Below, one piece after another: positions 1 to 12,099 of a stretch of DNA of 64,000 nucleotides. Position numbers and translations under genes: made by a program. Location: the NCBI GenBank assembly GCA_965287045.1, contig OZ336879.1:74834001-74898000 (forward strand), in the 5' to 3' direction. The stretch comes from Carcharhinus amblyrhynchos. Taxonomy: Eukaryota. The notes below the pieces were generated by a model, which was not told where the DNA came from, made no database searches, and was given only the letters and a program-made list of their open reading frames with translations. Positions within the stretch are counted from its first letter, which is position 1; every line of letters begins with the position of its first letter.

Positions 1-796
1 TTAACGCAGCTTCCAAATAATGTGAATAAACATCCAATCAGAGAGCATCTGCAAATACTTCCCTGTTGCTGGCAAACTTCAACTGGATACAAAATCCCTT
101 TGAGCGCCTGGATAATGGCATTCTCACAAGCCTGACCTTGAGAAAGCAAGAACGTCAATATGGCAGTAAAGTTTGATGCTTTCTCATACAACCAAGTTAT
201 GCTGAACTGGATTTTCGGGGCTTGTTGCATTGACGATCGAATATTGGGATTCCGTTTGAAACGGTCATCACTGGAACCCAACATCTAGCATTTGACATCT
301 GTGAAACAACATCAGCTTTCTCATCAAGTAAACATGATCTGTTTCCACTGATAGATGGCAGGTAAATATGCCATGCTAAGTGCAATCTATTTGTGGTGTG
401 CATCATAAACTATTTGATATAGCTGTGTTTTTAATACCTGCTGATATACAAGTCCGACTCCCATCAGCTATACTCTATGTAAAAATAGCGTTTCAAACAC
501 CTTGCATACATTGTGGTCTACAGAAGTTTATGATGATGATCTGGTGGTCTGCATAAAAGGTTTGGAATCATTGCTCCAGTGAGATATGCACTGTCTTGTG
601 ACTCAGAGGCCACAATGCCGCAACTCAGCAACAGCTGATGCCAGAAAAGACAGATAACCCTCAGCAGCCCTGATGAGGACATGTTTCTCAGCAGATTCTT
701 AGAATATCAAGTCTTTTTAGCCTAGCAGGAGGTGGCCAATCTATTGTATCGATGCCAGCTCTTCAAGGATCAAGTCAGTTCTTCCCCCCATTCTAT

Positions 797-1062
797 GGGT
801 GGCATGATGGCACAGTGATTAGTACTGCTGCTTTACAGCACCAGGGACCCAGGTTTGATTCCAGCCTTGGATGACTGGCTATATGGAATCTGCAGGGGTT
901 TCATCCCACATGCCAAAGATGTGCAGGTTAGGTGGATTGGCTATGCCAAATGTGTGGATTTACAGGGATAGGGCTCAGGAAAGGGCTTGAATCAGATACT
1001 TTCAGAGAGTGGGTGCAGACTCAATGGGCCGAATAACCTCTTTGTGCACTGTAGGGATTCTA
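797..1062 (+). mobile_element. HE1-type tRNA-derived V-SINE
   Basis: tRNA-like head ggcacagtgattagtactgctg...ggtttgattcc, V-domain aaagatgtgcaggttaggtggattggc, CR1-like tail gggccgaataacctc...ctgtagggattcta. Confidence 0.85.
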
Positions 1063-1074
1063 ATTGCTCCAAGT

Positions 1075-1500
1075 AATCTCCTTTTCAAATCACCATCTCT
1101 GCTTCCATCACCCTCATTGGTATCAAGTTCCAGGTCATCACCACTAGCTGCAGAAAATAATACTCCCCTGCATCTTTTGCCCAGAATCGTAAATCTATGC
1201 CCCTAGTCCATGTACCATTAGCGAGTGGGAATAGTTCTTCACTTCATACTTTATCTAAGCCTGTAGATCTCTATCGAATCTCCTCAATCTCGTTTGCTCT
1301 AAACAAATTTTGTACCTAAAATCCCTAGAACCATTCTGGGTAAACCTCTTCTGTATTCTTCCCAGGACCCTCATATCCTTCCTAAAGTATTGTGACCTAA
1401 ATAGGATGCAATAATCAAGCTGTGGAGTAACCAGAACTTTATAACGGTTCAGTGGAACTTTCTGGTTTTTGTACTCAAATATTTCCATGATACCAAAGAA
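1075..1500 (-). mobile_element. Degenerate CR1 LINE 3' fragment
   Basis: Minus-strand translation resembles the CR1 ORF2 C-terminus (LVTPQLDYCILF..., RIQKRFT, RFDRDL). Confidence 0.55.
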
Positions 1501-1569
1501 AACATTGCTTTGTTAACTACTTTTTAAAAAATATTTCAGGCAGAAAGTATTTATTACTTATTCCTACTT

Positions 1570-3110
1570 ACCCTCAACAAGGTGGTGAGCTACCTTTTTG
1601 AACCGCTGCAGTGTGTGTGATGAAGGCAGTTCTATGATTTGGGCCTGGTAACAAGGAACAGTGATCTGATTCCAAATCAGGATGGTAAATATAGTAGTTT
1701 ATTTATTGTGGGGTTTGGAGGATACTTGTAGGTGATGGTATTCCACACATCTGCAGCCCTCATCATTATAGCTTGTATACAATGCAGATTGAGAAGATAT
1801 TGTCCAATGAGCCTTGGGGAGTTGCTGCAGCTCACCTTGCAGATGATACGCACTAAACCATTGCGCTTTAGTGAAGGGAAGGAATGTTGAAGGTGGTGGA
1901 TAGGGTGCTAATCATGCTGCTTGGTTCTGGATGGTGTCAAGTTTCTTCCATGTTGTTGAGTGGCATCCATCCAAGCAAGTGGACAAAATTCCATCACACT
2001 ACCAACTTGTGCCTAGTTGACAGTGGGCAGGCTTCAGTGAGTCAGGTGAGCTTATTTGCTGTAGGATCCTGAGCCTCTGCTTTATATTTACATAGCTCAT
2101 CCAGTTCAGTTCCTAGTCAATGGTAACCCCAGTGTGCAGATGGTGAGAGATTTCAGCAATGGTAACTCCATTGAATATCATGGGAAAGTGGTTGGATTCT
2201 TTCAGTGGTCATTGCCTGGGCACTTGTGTGGCAAACGTTGCTTGCCACTTTTTAGCCCAACACTGAACATAGTCCGAGTCTTTCCACAGAGGGGCATGGA
2301 GTGCTTCAGTCCCAGATGAGCTACAAATGGTGCTGAATATTGTGCAGTCATGAGCAAGCACCTGCCCTTATGATGGAGGGAAGTGTTGTGTCATGGCATT
2401 CTGGGGTCAAGAGATTTCAGACTTTGTTAGGAACAAAAGATATTTACTCACAAGAGACTTGGTACAGGAGGTTTGCAACTCTAGGCCATCTTCAAGTAGA
2501 GCTCCAGGCTTTATGATGTTAACTATATGGCTGCTTGAAAATTCTACCCAGAAAAGACTTCACCCTCTAGCTCATCACTAATCCTCATCCATTGGTTCCT
2601 CAAATCAGGTGACTCATCTGTGCTGAAGACACAGAAATCACATGCCCAACTGGAAGATCATTAATGAAGCATCTTTAAATAGCCAAACACACAACCTGAG
2701 GAACTCTTGTACTCATGTCCCGAAACAGGCAAATGACCTCCATCAACCACAATCATCTTCCTTAGTGCTAGATATGACTCCAATCAATTTTTTTCCCCCC
2801 AATTCCCGTTGGCTACAGCTTTGCCACGGGACATTGATGTCACACTTCGTCAAATAATGGCTTGAGGTAAGGACAGTCACTTTCACCTCTGGAGTTCATT
2901 CTTTTGTCCATGTTCAGAACAAAGCTGTAATGAGGTCAGCTGTTAGCAGTTCTGGCAGAAGCCAAACTGAGCAGTGTGAAGGTTGTTACTAAGTACCACA
3001 TGATAGGACTGTCAGCAACCTCCGTCTACCACTGCACTGATAATCCAGAGTAGATTTATAACAGTAATTGATTGGGCTAGATTTGTCCTGCCTTTTCCGC
3101 TTGGAGAATT
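1570..3110 (-). mobile_element. Degenerate LINE (second CR1/L2-group family), RT and 3' end, interrupted by a 268-bp insert
   Basis: Characteristic ggtggtgagctacctttttgaaccgctgcagt 3' region. RT-like sequence continues on both sides of 2384-2651. Confidence 0.65.
2384..2651. mobile_element. Probable solo LTR with 5-bp TSD
   Basis: Termini TGTTG...CAAC(T), flanked by GGAAG at 2379-2383 and 2652-2656. It interrupts a continuous LINE sequence. Confidence 0.65.
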
Positions 3111-3822
3111 TTACTGACTTGCATTATACAACCTCATGTTCCCCACAGTATCCCTGAACTTGGTTCCCCTATATTTTGCCCTGCTAGAATATACCTGGTC
3201 TGTCACTGAAAGAATTTCTTGTTTAAAAAGAATATTTAGTGTCCCATTGCAGCTTTCCTTTCCATATTTAGTTCTATTTTAACCCTGACCAGATCCCTTC
3301 CTACCTATCAAGCTTTCTTCCAACTTAGATGCTCGACTTAAGATTGCTCTTTGTACTGCTGCATTATCTAAATCGTATGATTCAATGACCACTCTTACCG
3401 AAGTATATTGCCACCACCCCCCCCCACCCCTCAAGACAGTTAAACCCAGCTCAATCTGAGCACCAATCCTACCCTTCTGGTTGGACCAAGAACATGGTGG
3501 TCGAGGGAGTCCTCCTGATCAGATTTCAGAAATTTCTTTACTGTAACTGGATCTCAAACTGATATATGTATGAAGTCCCCGAATATCACCACTCTACAGT
3601 TGTTGCACCAGTGGTTTCCTTGCAGATTTGCCCCTTTATTTCTTGCCTGCATTATTAGTCAGCGTAAAATACATCCAGAAGCAGGATCAGCCTTTTTGCA
3701 TCGCAGCTCAAACCAGATGGATTCTGTCTTTGTCCCCTTCAAGAGCATCCATTTTTTCAGTAAACACAGAAGCGATAACATTTGTAATTAAGGTAGTTCA
3801 TAAGAATAAGAAGAGAGACATG

Positions 3823-3905
3823 AAAACAGTAGGATTAGTCATTAAATAAAAACAGTAGGACTACTGTTTGTACAAAACAGTTGGATTAGTCATTAAATAA
3901 AAACA
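3823..3905. repeat. Short direct duplication with an internal inverted segment
   Basis: aaaacagt(a/t)ggattagtcattaaataaaaaca occurs twice, separated by aaacagtag-ga-ctactgttt. Confidence 0.8.
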
Positions 3906-4344
3906 CAATGAGGCAGAATGTTTATTTCAAAAAAATTCAAAATGACACAAGATCTAAATTAGTGCAATAAACAGCAACTAATTTTCAAAAATGTATTTTT
4001 GTTTGCATGATTTAACCACAAAATGGAGCCTCATTACTTAGATAACCTCTTCGTGCATAAGCTGGCCGATCAAATGTTATATCGACCTGAAGACCAATTA
4101 AAAGCTTTGAGATCAGAATTGTCACATTCCAAGGCTGCACAGTTGGTTTCACAAGAATCAACTTGTTCTGCCAGTGTGTTCAAATTGTTTCATTTAATTG
4201 TACTATCAGTTTACCCTGCAGAGTTTCTCAATCAAGCAAAGGCTCTATTCCAGCTTGTTGTGGCTAAATAGCAAAAACATCACACCTGTTGTGAAGCAGT
4301 ACCCACTTCGCTCCACCAGTCTTTTAAAAAAAAAGTTTTGTTGG

Positions 4345-4620
4345 AATACGAACGTCACTGACAAGACCATCATTTATTGTCTTACCTTATATGGTGGTGG
4401 GGAGCTGCATTAAATAAACTACTGTAGTCTATATCTAGGAGCTGTCAGGACGGACTTCCAGGGTTCTGTGACCCAGCGACAGTGAAGGGATGATGGTACA
4501 GTTCCAAGTCAGGATGGGGAATTCACAGGTGGTGGTGTTCTTTCCCACCTGCTCTTTTAAGTGCTAGAACCCACAAGTTTGAAAGGTGCTGCTACCTTGC
4601 TACACAACTGGAATGCCGCC
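4345..4620 (-). mobile_element. LINE 3' end fragment (same family as 1570-3110)
   Basis: catttattgtc...ggtggtggggagctgc...gacccagcgacagtgaaggga...ccaagtcaggatg. Confidence 0.6.
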
Positions 4621-4699
4621 TTTGAACACTGTGGTAAATCGTGGGGATCTGCAAAACTGCCTACTTCACTTTGGATGAATTACCATTATATGATTTCCA

Positions 4700-5165
4700 A
4701 CCAAAACTGTTTTGCATGGCTACTTAATTACTCCCAAAATTTCTTTTTGCTAGGATCCTCCTTGGACTTGTATGTCAATTAACCTAGCTCCTCAGGGCTC
4801 TGTAATCACTTCCTTTCTATTCCTCAATATCAGTAACCTCAGAAACCTGCAACCACTTTTTCAATGGTTACACTCTGTTTTCACAAACATGCTTTACAGC
4901 GCATGCCAAAGAACTTATTATCTTCATTTTGCACTAATACTGATCACTGCATCTTGATCCCCTTAGCGTTCATTAAAAGATAACTTTCCTCATGTATGTC
5001 TCAAGCAATTATGATTATTCCACTATTGGTGGTCTTGCCTTCAGATGCCTAGGCCCAAAGCTCTGGAATGCCCTCCCGGCACTCGTATTTAGTTTATAAT
5101 GCTCCTGTGAATGCCTTGGGATGTCTAATTATATGGTAGCGCGATACTTATGGTTGTTGCTTACA
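4700..5165 (+). mobile_element. Old L2 LINE 3' fragment
   Basis: gccttcagatgcctaggcccaaagctctggaatgccctccc and gctcctgtgaatgccttgggatg, typical of L2 3' ends. Confidence 0.5.
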
Positions 5166-7489
5166 TTTGCTAACTCCATTGTTAGTCTCTTCATCATTGA
5201 CTCCTCTGATTTCAAATGGATTCTCACAATTTCTTCATTGCTAAAATATACTATCAAGGAGTACGGATTTTGTTTTTGATCTTGACCGTCAACCACTGGT
5301 AACAATTTTCCGAGTCAGAAACAGCAATTCAAATTCCACAACAGACTTGAACACATTAATGCAGCTCTGAAGGAACTCTGCATCGTCAGAAAAGCCATCT
5401 TTTAGATGAGAGATTCTCACTTGCTCAGTTAAAATATCAGGAGAATTTTTTGTTCAAACTGTCTTCTTTTTATGTTTGAATCAAACTCAAATCAATACCA
5501 TCACAATAGATTGGTCTCAAAAGTTGTGGTATATTACAATCCGCATTCTGGTATTTGAGCAAATTACTATATAAATGTCTGTACTTGTTTTACCAAATCT
5601 TCATTCCACATGAATTTCCTTGGTAGCCTGGAAGTGGCTCAAATTATGTCAAAATCCTCTGCTGCTCAATACATAACCCTGCCCCAATACAAAATATTTT
5701 CACAAATAATGAAGCAATATCAATTTATTTGCCATTCGGTGATATTTGCGCAGTGTTAAACCTAATATTTATTTAATACATGTCTAGACTTCAAAGGACA
5801 TTTTATTTGAGATTTTTATTTAGAAAATTTTCCATCTCAGATCTGCAATATACTAAAAAGTGCTGTCAGTCTCAGAAACCCAAAATATTTTAAGAAAAGC
5901 TTTTTCACTGCACATATAAATTCTGCATAACAATGCAGAAGAGATGGCTGCACTAGGCAATGGACTGTCGCCCACCTCCGTCTAGAATGTGCCTTTGCAA
6001 AATACATACGAAAAAAGATGTAATGGTTTCTGTTGCAGTTCACCCCGAGTAGCTCTGTAACCCAGGATTCTCGTGTTATATGGGCTGTTTCCAAGGACAC
6101 ACAGACAAACATTAACGGCTGCTGGAGGACTATCAATTTGGCGCAAGGTGCTCTTTGATCTGCTCAAAATGTACTGACCTCCAGTGTAAAGAGCTGTCAA
6201 TGACTGAGTGCTACAGACAGCCATATTTCAAGGGCCAGGACTACATGTTGAGGGATGCATTCGGGACAGCTGTCAAAGTCTCCAGGGAGAAAGGCCATTA
6301 TTTAAGGCCCTCCCACTACAGTACACAGAGATTGGTAACTGCATAAAATCCATATTGTAAATAAGCTGCATAAGGCACTGCAGAATATCACATACTGTAT
6401 TAAAAGAAAGTCATATGTTTTCTGCTTTTAGTGTCAATTTCAAATTATAATGAAATATACTTTATCAAATCTATGCATAAAATATATGTCTAGAAGAAAT
6501 TATGAAAGAAATAACAGAAGAAAAGTTTCAGAGATAAGAGGCTCTCCTGGCCATCACACCATGTCAAAAAAAAAGAATTCTGCAATACAATATTCTGGTA
6601 AGGATGCTACCTCCGGCAAGGTAATTATGAATACAATTCAGACTTGAACAATATGACATTGTTGACACCACTGTTAGATTCTGCTCAAGTGTTCACCAAG
6701 GAAGCCATGCAAATTAATTGTGTTACAAGACATAGCAATGGAGCACATTAACAAGGAACTAGAGTGGCTAAACCAGCAAAGTTCTTCCCCAGTAAGCTCA
6801 ATGTGATTCCTGACATTTTAGCAATGAGACAACTGAATACTCAACACAACAGAGTTAACAGCCTAACTGAACTGAGATTTACACTCACGCACTTTTTCTT
6901 GTCAAACAAGTAAATAGTGAAGTATCCAAGCGCTCTGTTTCAGTGCTGTCTGATAGATTAGCTCAACATGGCTAATTGGGAAAAGAGATGTCACTATCAC
7001 ATTTCTGACAAGTAAATAATTAAGAAATACCACATGTGCACCTACTTTAGTCACTTAGGTCAGTAAAATAAGCTGAAATATAGCATGCATGAGCATTTTT
7101 GAGCTGATCAAATTTATCTTTGAAAAAGAGCTTTTTCCTTAAAGTAAAATGCCATAATCAAATTGTGGGTAATTATTAATTGTGACTGGATAACATTACC
7201 GCATTTTACGCTGCGCACACGGAAGTTTCCTTATTTTAACAAAAAATTCAACTAAACAAAAACATTTTTGAGTCTTTATTTTCTGATGGGAGTACAGCAT
7301 TTTTAAAAAAGCTTGTAAAGGTATGCAAATTTGCATTCATTTTACACCAGCTTGTGTGTGCCTAAGCAAGCAAACAAGTTCTACAAAAAAATTTCAGGAT
7401 AAGTTCCCTTCAGCAAAATAGACATAGCACAAAATTCGATGTCATTTCAGCACAAGTGAACCAAGAAATTTGGGGCAAATATCTGCTCA

Positions 7490-7645
7490 ATTCACTTGCT
7501 GCTTGTGAGAACTTGCTGTGTGCAAACTATATTTGATATTTACACAAATAAGAACAGTGATCATAGAGCAAAACAATTTAATTGACTGTAACATACTTTG
7601 GGATGTCACAGGGCACAATAAGGAACTCTATAAATACTAATACTT
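7490..7645 (+). mobile_element. DeuSINE/SacSINE1-like 3' fragment
   Basis: ttgctgcttgtgagaacttgctgtgtgcaaa...attgactgtaacatactttgggatgtc, resembling the Deu domain and tail. Confidence 0.5.
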
Positions 7646-8729
7646 TTTTCTTGTTCACTCCTGGGAAGGATTCAAGAATGGACTTGTCCTCCAATAGATA
7701 GAATCTCATCTTAAGCCTCTTTCTTCCAATTACAATTGCATGCATCTTTTTAATCTCTCTAAATCCAAACACCTTCCTACATCATCTTCCCTTATTCCTA
7801 CACGATTTAGTGAAACAAAAACATGTTGTACATTAACTCACCCTTTCTTGATGTCAGAATATCCAAACAGCAAAATTTCCTACTTAAAACTTTGAAAATT
7901 TAAGTCTGGCATTGTCTCAGTTTGATTTATCTCGTCTATTGTAAGCTTTATGGCCTTGGCCCTTGACCGTCTCAAAATAATATAGGCAACCTTCCAGCTT
8001 TCACTGCAGAGAAAGCATTGTGTTGACTCTTTCCATTGAGGCCATGTTTCTCTTACCAGGCAGGCAGACTGCCTATTTGAATCTTTGATGCTATAGATGA
8101 TCATCACCTGTAGCGAGACTTCAACAGCCGTGTTAGAAGAGTCCTCCATACTTTGACAGGTTGTTATTCTACTTGGATCAAGATGAATCTGTTAAAACAA
8201 AATAATATTTTTACCTTGTGTTTTTTTAAATGCTGAATGAACTCAAGTCATTACAAGGATTGCGGATGAAGCAAAATCACTTACTGTGATTACCAGCAGC
8301 AGTGAAAGATACAGAACATTGTTGAAGGACTTGCAAGACTTTCAACCTAGACATGCATACTTGTTATAAATGGACTACGAGCTTTACAATATTATGTATT
8401 TATATTTTGGAAACAATATGGAAATTATTCTATGACTTACCAGATTTCTCAGCAGTTGCAGATGACGAGATGGTGTTGTCATTATGCTTTGGTCTGTAGC
8501 GATGAGTTATGATAGGTGCTTTCAAGAGTTTTTACAGGTGGCATTTTGTGATGGCCAGCTGGAACTGTTTTCAGATTTTTAAGGTCATTCATTATGAAAA
8601 TCTGATCGATGTTCCGAAGCTTAAAAAATGTTAACTTTTCAAATCGACCAGGGTTGATTACAGTCCAAATGTGAAAAAAAAGAACACCAGATATATGGCA
8701 AGAGTGCCTTTGGCATCAAGGCAGGATTT

Positions 8730-9450
8730 TTCTTAAATGTGGCATCAAGAAACCCTGGTAAAATTGAAGGTAATGGAAAACAGGGACTCCATTGGCTGGA
8801 GTCATACCTAGCATAAAGGAACATGTTTATGGTTCTGGGGATCCTACCATCTTTGGCACAGGGCATTGTTGCAGGAATTCCTCAGAGCAGCAACTCAGGC
8901 CGAGCATTTTCTGCTGATTATCAATGACCTTCACTCCATCATAATCTCAGAAGTAGCGGTGTTTGCCGACGATCGCACTGTATTCAGTTCCATTCACAAC
9001 TCTGAGTGAGCAGTCTGTGCCCATACACAGCAAGGTGTGGTATGAATCAAGCTTGGTTTGATAAATAATAAGGAACATTTACGCTGTACAGGTGCAAAGC
9101 GATGACTAACTCCAACAAGCGAGTATAACTTGACATTCAATCACATTACCATCGCCAAAACTACAATCACCATCCTGGGAATCACAGTGACCATCTTAAT
9201 ACTTTAGCTAGAAGGTCAGAGCCTGGAACCTCCTGATTACCTAAATGCTTTCCGCCATCTACAATGCACAAGTCAGGAGTGTGATGGAATACTCATCACT
9301 TGCCTGGATGATTGACGTTCCAATGGCCTACCTAATCGTGGGAGTATTTGCTCTATACCAACTGCAGTGATTCAGGCACAGCTCATCTCCACCTAGAGAA
9401 CAATTTGTTATGAGCAATAAATGATGGCCATATCCCAAGAATATATAAAA
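8730..9450 (+). mobile_element. LINE RT/3' fragment (second CR1/L2-group family)
   Basis: ggagtcatacctagca, gcaggaattcctcag, tttgccgacgat (FADD), aagtcaggagtgtgatggaatactc. Confidence 0.65.
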
Positions 9451-10019
9451 AACTAACCAGTGCTGCAGATCATGGTGTTTTTTTTTAAATACAAGGATTC
9501 CTTGGGTTCGAATGAACAATTAACTTTCAAATTCAATTCCAAAAACTTTGCTTAAATGTGGTTTCCTGGATCATCCTACAGAAGCCACTATTCATATTAT
9601 TGCCATTCATTTCAAATTGTGTCACTTGTGGTAAACCTCTTTTGTAGAAGCTCAAAAGTGTAAGTAATGTCACCTACTTGATTGGATTAAACTTCATTTT
9701 ATTCTTGGAAGTAATCATGGTGCAAATTAAATGCAAGTGACACTGCAAAACTGCCTACAATGTATTACGCCAACCGTTTTTGTAATTCGTATTTGCCACG
9801 GTCATGTCATTGACACATTACACATAACCATGGTTATAATTGGATTTGAGATATTTGCAATTTAATCAGAAAGATGAAGGACAAAATTTATTACTTGTTT
9901 AACAAGTAGAAAATACCAACTAAATTGAAATTTATAGGTGTGAATGTTTATGGAAAAAAAAATTGCATTTACATACCATATCTTCAGAAAAATTCCATAG
10001 AACAGTCAATGAATGACTT

Positions 10020-10330
10020 TTATAGTCACTGCCATAAAAGCCAAGTATCTCATTGTGTCCATAACAAAGATCCAATTAAATATAATTATTCAATTTTAGC
10101 TGTATTTAGCTGCAGGAAGAACATTGGGAAAACTTCACTGCTCTTCTTTGGATAGTACTATTGGATTTTTATGTTATGTTTCGCTGGACGAAAAGGCAGG
10201 GTCTGCAGTTGGCATCTTAATTCGAAAACATCAACTTTGACAATACACTACTCGTCAGCATTGCACTGAAGCATTACTCTAGGTTATGTTCAAGTCTTGG
10301 CACAGGGCTTGGATCCACAACTGCCAAGAC
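10020..10330 (-). mobile_element. DeuSINE/SacSINE1-like element
   Basis: ctgctcttctttggatagtactattggattttt...gcattgcactgaagcattactctaggttatgttcaagtct, matching the reverse-complemented Deu-SINE 5' half. Confidence 0.55.
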
Positions 10331-10861
10331 CACACAATATAATGAATTTTACCAAGCCACTGTCCTTGCGGTGTTACAATTAGAGGATTCACTTTCCAAC
10401 CCCTTCCTTGGGGTTTGGTCTCTCTTAAGCTGTCAAACCATATGAAACAAAAACAGCTGTTTCACAAAGTGAGTTGATATGTCTAATACAAAAGCTATTA
10501 TCATCAGTAAGAATACTATTTCAGTTGTGATCTTGAGAAGGTAACAGATGAATAGGTCTCAATTTCCTATTCAAAATGCAAGTGAAAGCGATTCGTTGGC
10601 AGGAAATCCTGGTTGATTCTAAAGACTGTTTGAAATGTTGCAAATTAAAATGAGATTGATTAATAACCAGTGCCAGGTGTCTCAATTTCTATAAATTGAC
10701 AACAGAGCTATCAAAAGTGCAACGTTCCACAACAAAAACTCAAAATTGCACAGGCTAAAAGTACATTAACTGATACTAAGCCAAACTGAATTTCCAATTT
10801 GTGATGAGCTCCAATGGCTAATCCTCATTTGTCAAAGCAAGCAACCAATGCAATAGAAAAT

Positions 10862-11460
10862 AAGAACTTGCATTTACATAGCATCTTTCACAACCTCTGC
10901 ACATCTCAAAACCTTCAAAGCCAATCAAGTACCTTTGAAGTATATGCATTACTGTAATGTAGGAAGTATGGCAATCGATTTGTACACAAACGGTACTTGC
11001 TTAGCAATAACCTGTTCACTGATGATCAGTTTGGGTTCCAGCACGGTCAATCACCTTCTGGCCTCATTACAGCCTTGGTTCAAACATGGATGAAAGAGCT
11101 GAATTTTGCCATAGATATCACGGCCTCATTTGACTGTGGGGTGTCAAGGAGGTCAACAGAACTGGAGTCTATGGGAATCTGGAGAAAATTCTCCACCGGC
11201 TGGAGCTGTATCTAACACGAAGGGGGATGGTTGTGGTTGTTAGATGTCAATCATCACAGGACATTATTACAGGAGCTCCCAGGGTAGTGCCCAAGGCCCA
11301 ACTACCTTCAGCTGCTGCATTGTAGATCAGGAGTAGGGATGCTCGCTGTACAACATTCAGCACCCATTTGTGATTCCTCAGATACTGAAACAGCCCATGT
11401 CCAAATGTAGCAAGACCTGGAAAATATCCACGCTCGGGCTGACAGGTGGCTAGTAATATT
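10862..11460. mobile_element. DeuSINE 3' end (minus strand) abutting a LINE RT fragment (plus strand)
   Basis: aacttgcatttacatagcatctttcacaacc tail, then LSNNLFTDDQFGFQ...IDITASFD RT motifs (ORF 10997-11215). Confidence 0.6.
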
Positions 11461-12099
11461 TGTGCAGTTTGGTATAATGTGAAGAAAGATGTGAAGAATG
11501 TTTCAGATGTTTTTGAGATCATTTTTTAAAAAATAAATGTTTATTAAACAATAGAACACTTAAAGAAGTCAGTTAGAAATGCACTTAAATATCTTAATGG
11601 CTGGAAACATCATCTTTAAATTTACCCAGTTCCAAATCGCTCTATTTTTCCTAGCTTCAGAGCCAAATCTTCCCAAAAAAACACTCCATAGGTGTAGGCA
11701 AAATCCAGCAATGGTTACCACACCAGGCACTTGTATCTTTCAGGGTTGCTTCTGATTTAAGACAGAACAACTGGTTCCTCAAATGTGTTTCTCTCCAAGC
11801 ACAGCTTGTTGGGAATTGACAGAGCTTCCTGCTGTGGGCTGAATTATCAAATACCGCTAACTTGCATGGTGTGAATTTGCCTAATATACTGCTTTCCCTT
11901 ATCTGAACTAACCTTTGCAGGAGTAACTCCAATACCTTCATTTCATGAGTTTATCTTTTAGAATATAATTGTGAAATTTTACATCTCATCACTTCCTTGA
12001 ACTTTGAACATCTTTACTCACACCTCTGACACTCCATCATTACCAACTTGCCCTAGTTAAACACGTGTTTACAGTGTTGCTGGGCTTATCACTGAGGTG

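Noticed and set aside
1-284. Minus-strand open frame (MLGSSDDRFKRNPNIRSS...) running off the window edge
   Set aside because: No recognisable homology (not RNF6-like) and no good acceptor; length is compatible with chance.
4023-4271. 82-aa plus-strand ORF with protein-like composition
   Set aside because: No recognisable domain, promoter or splice context.
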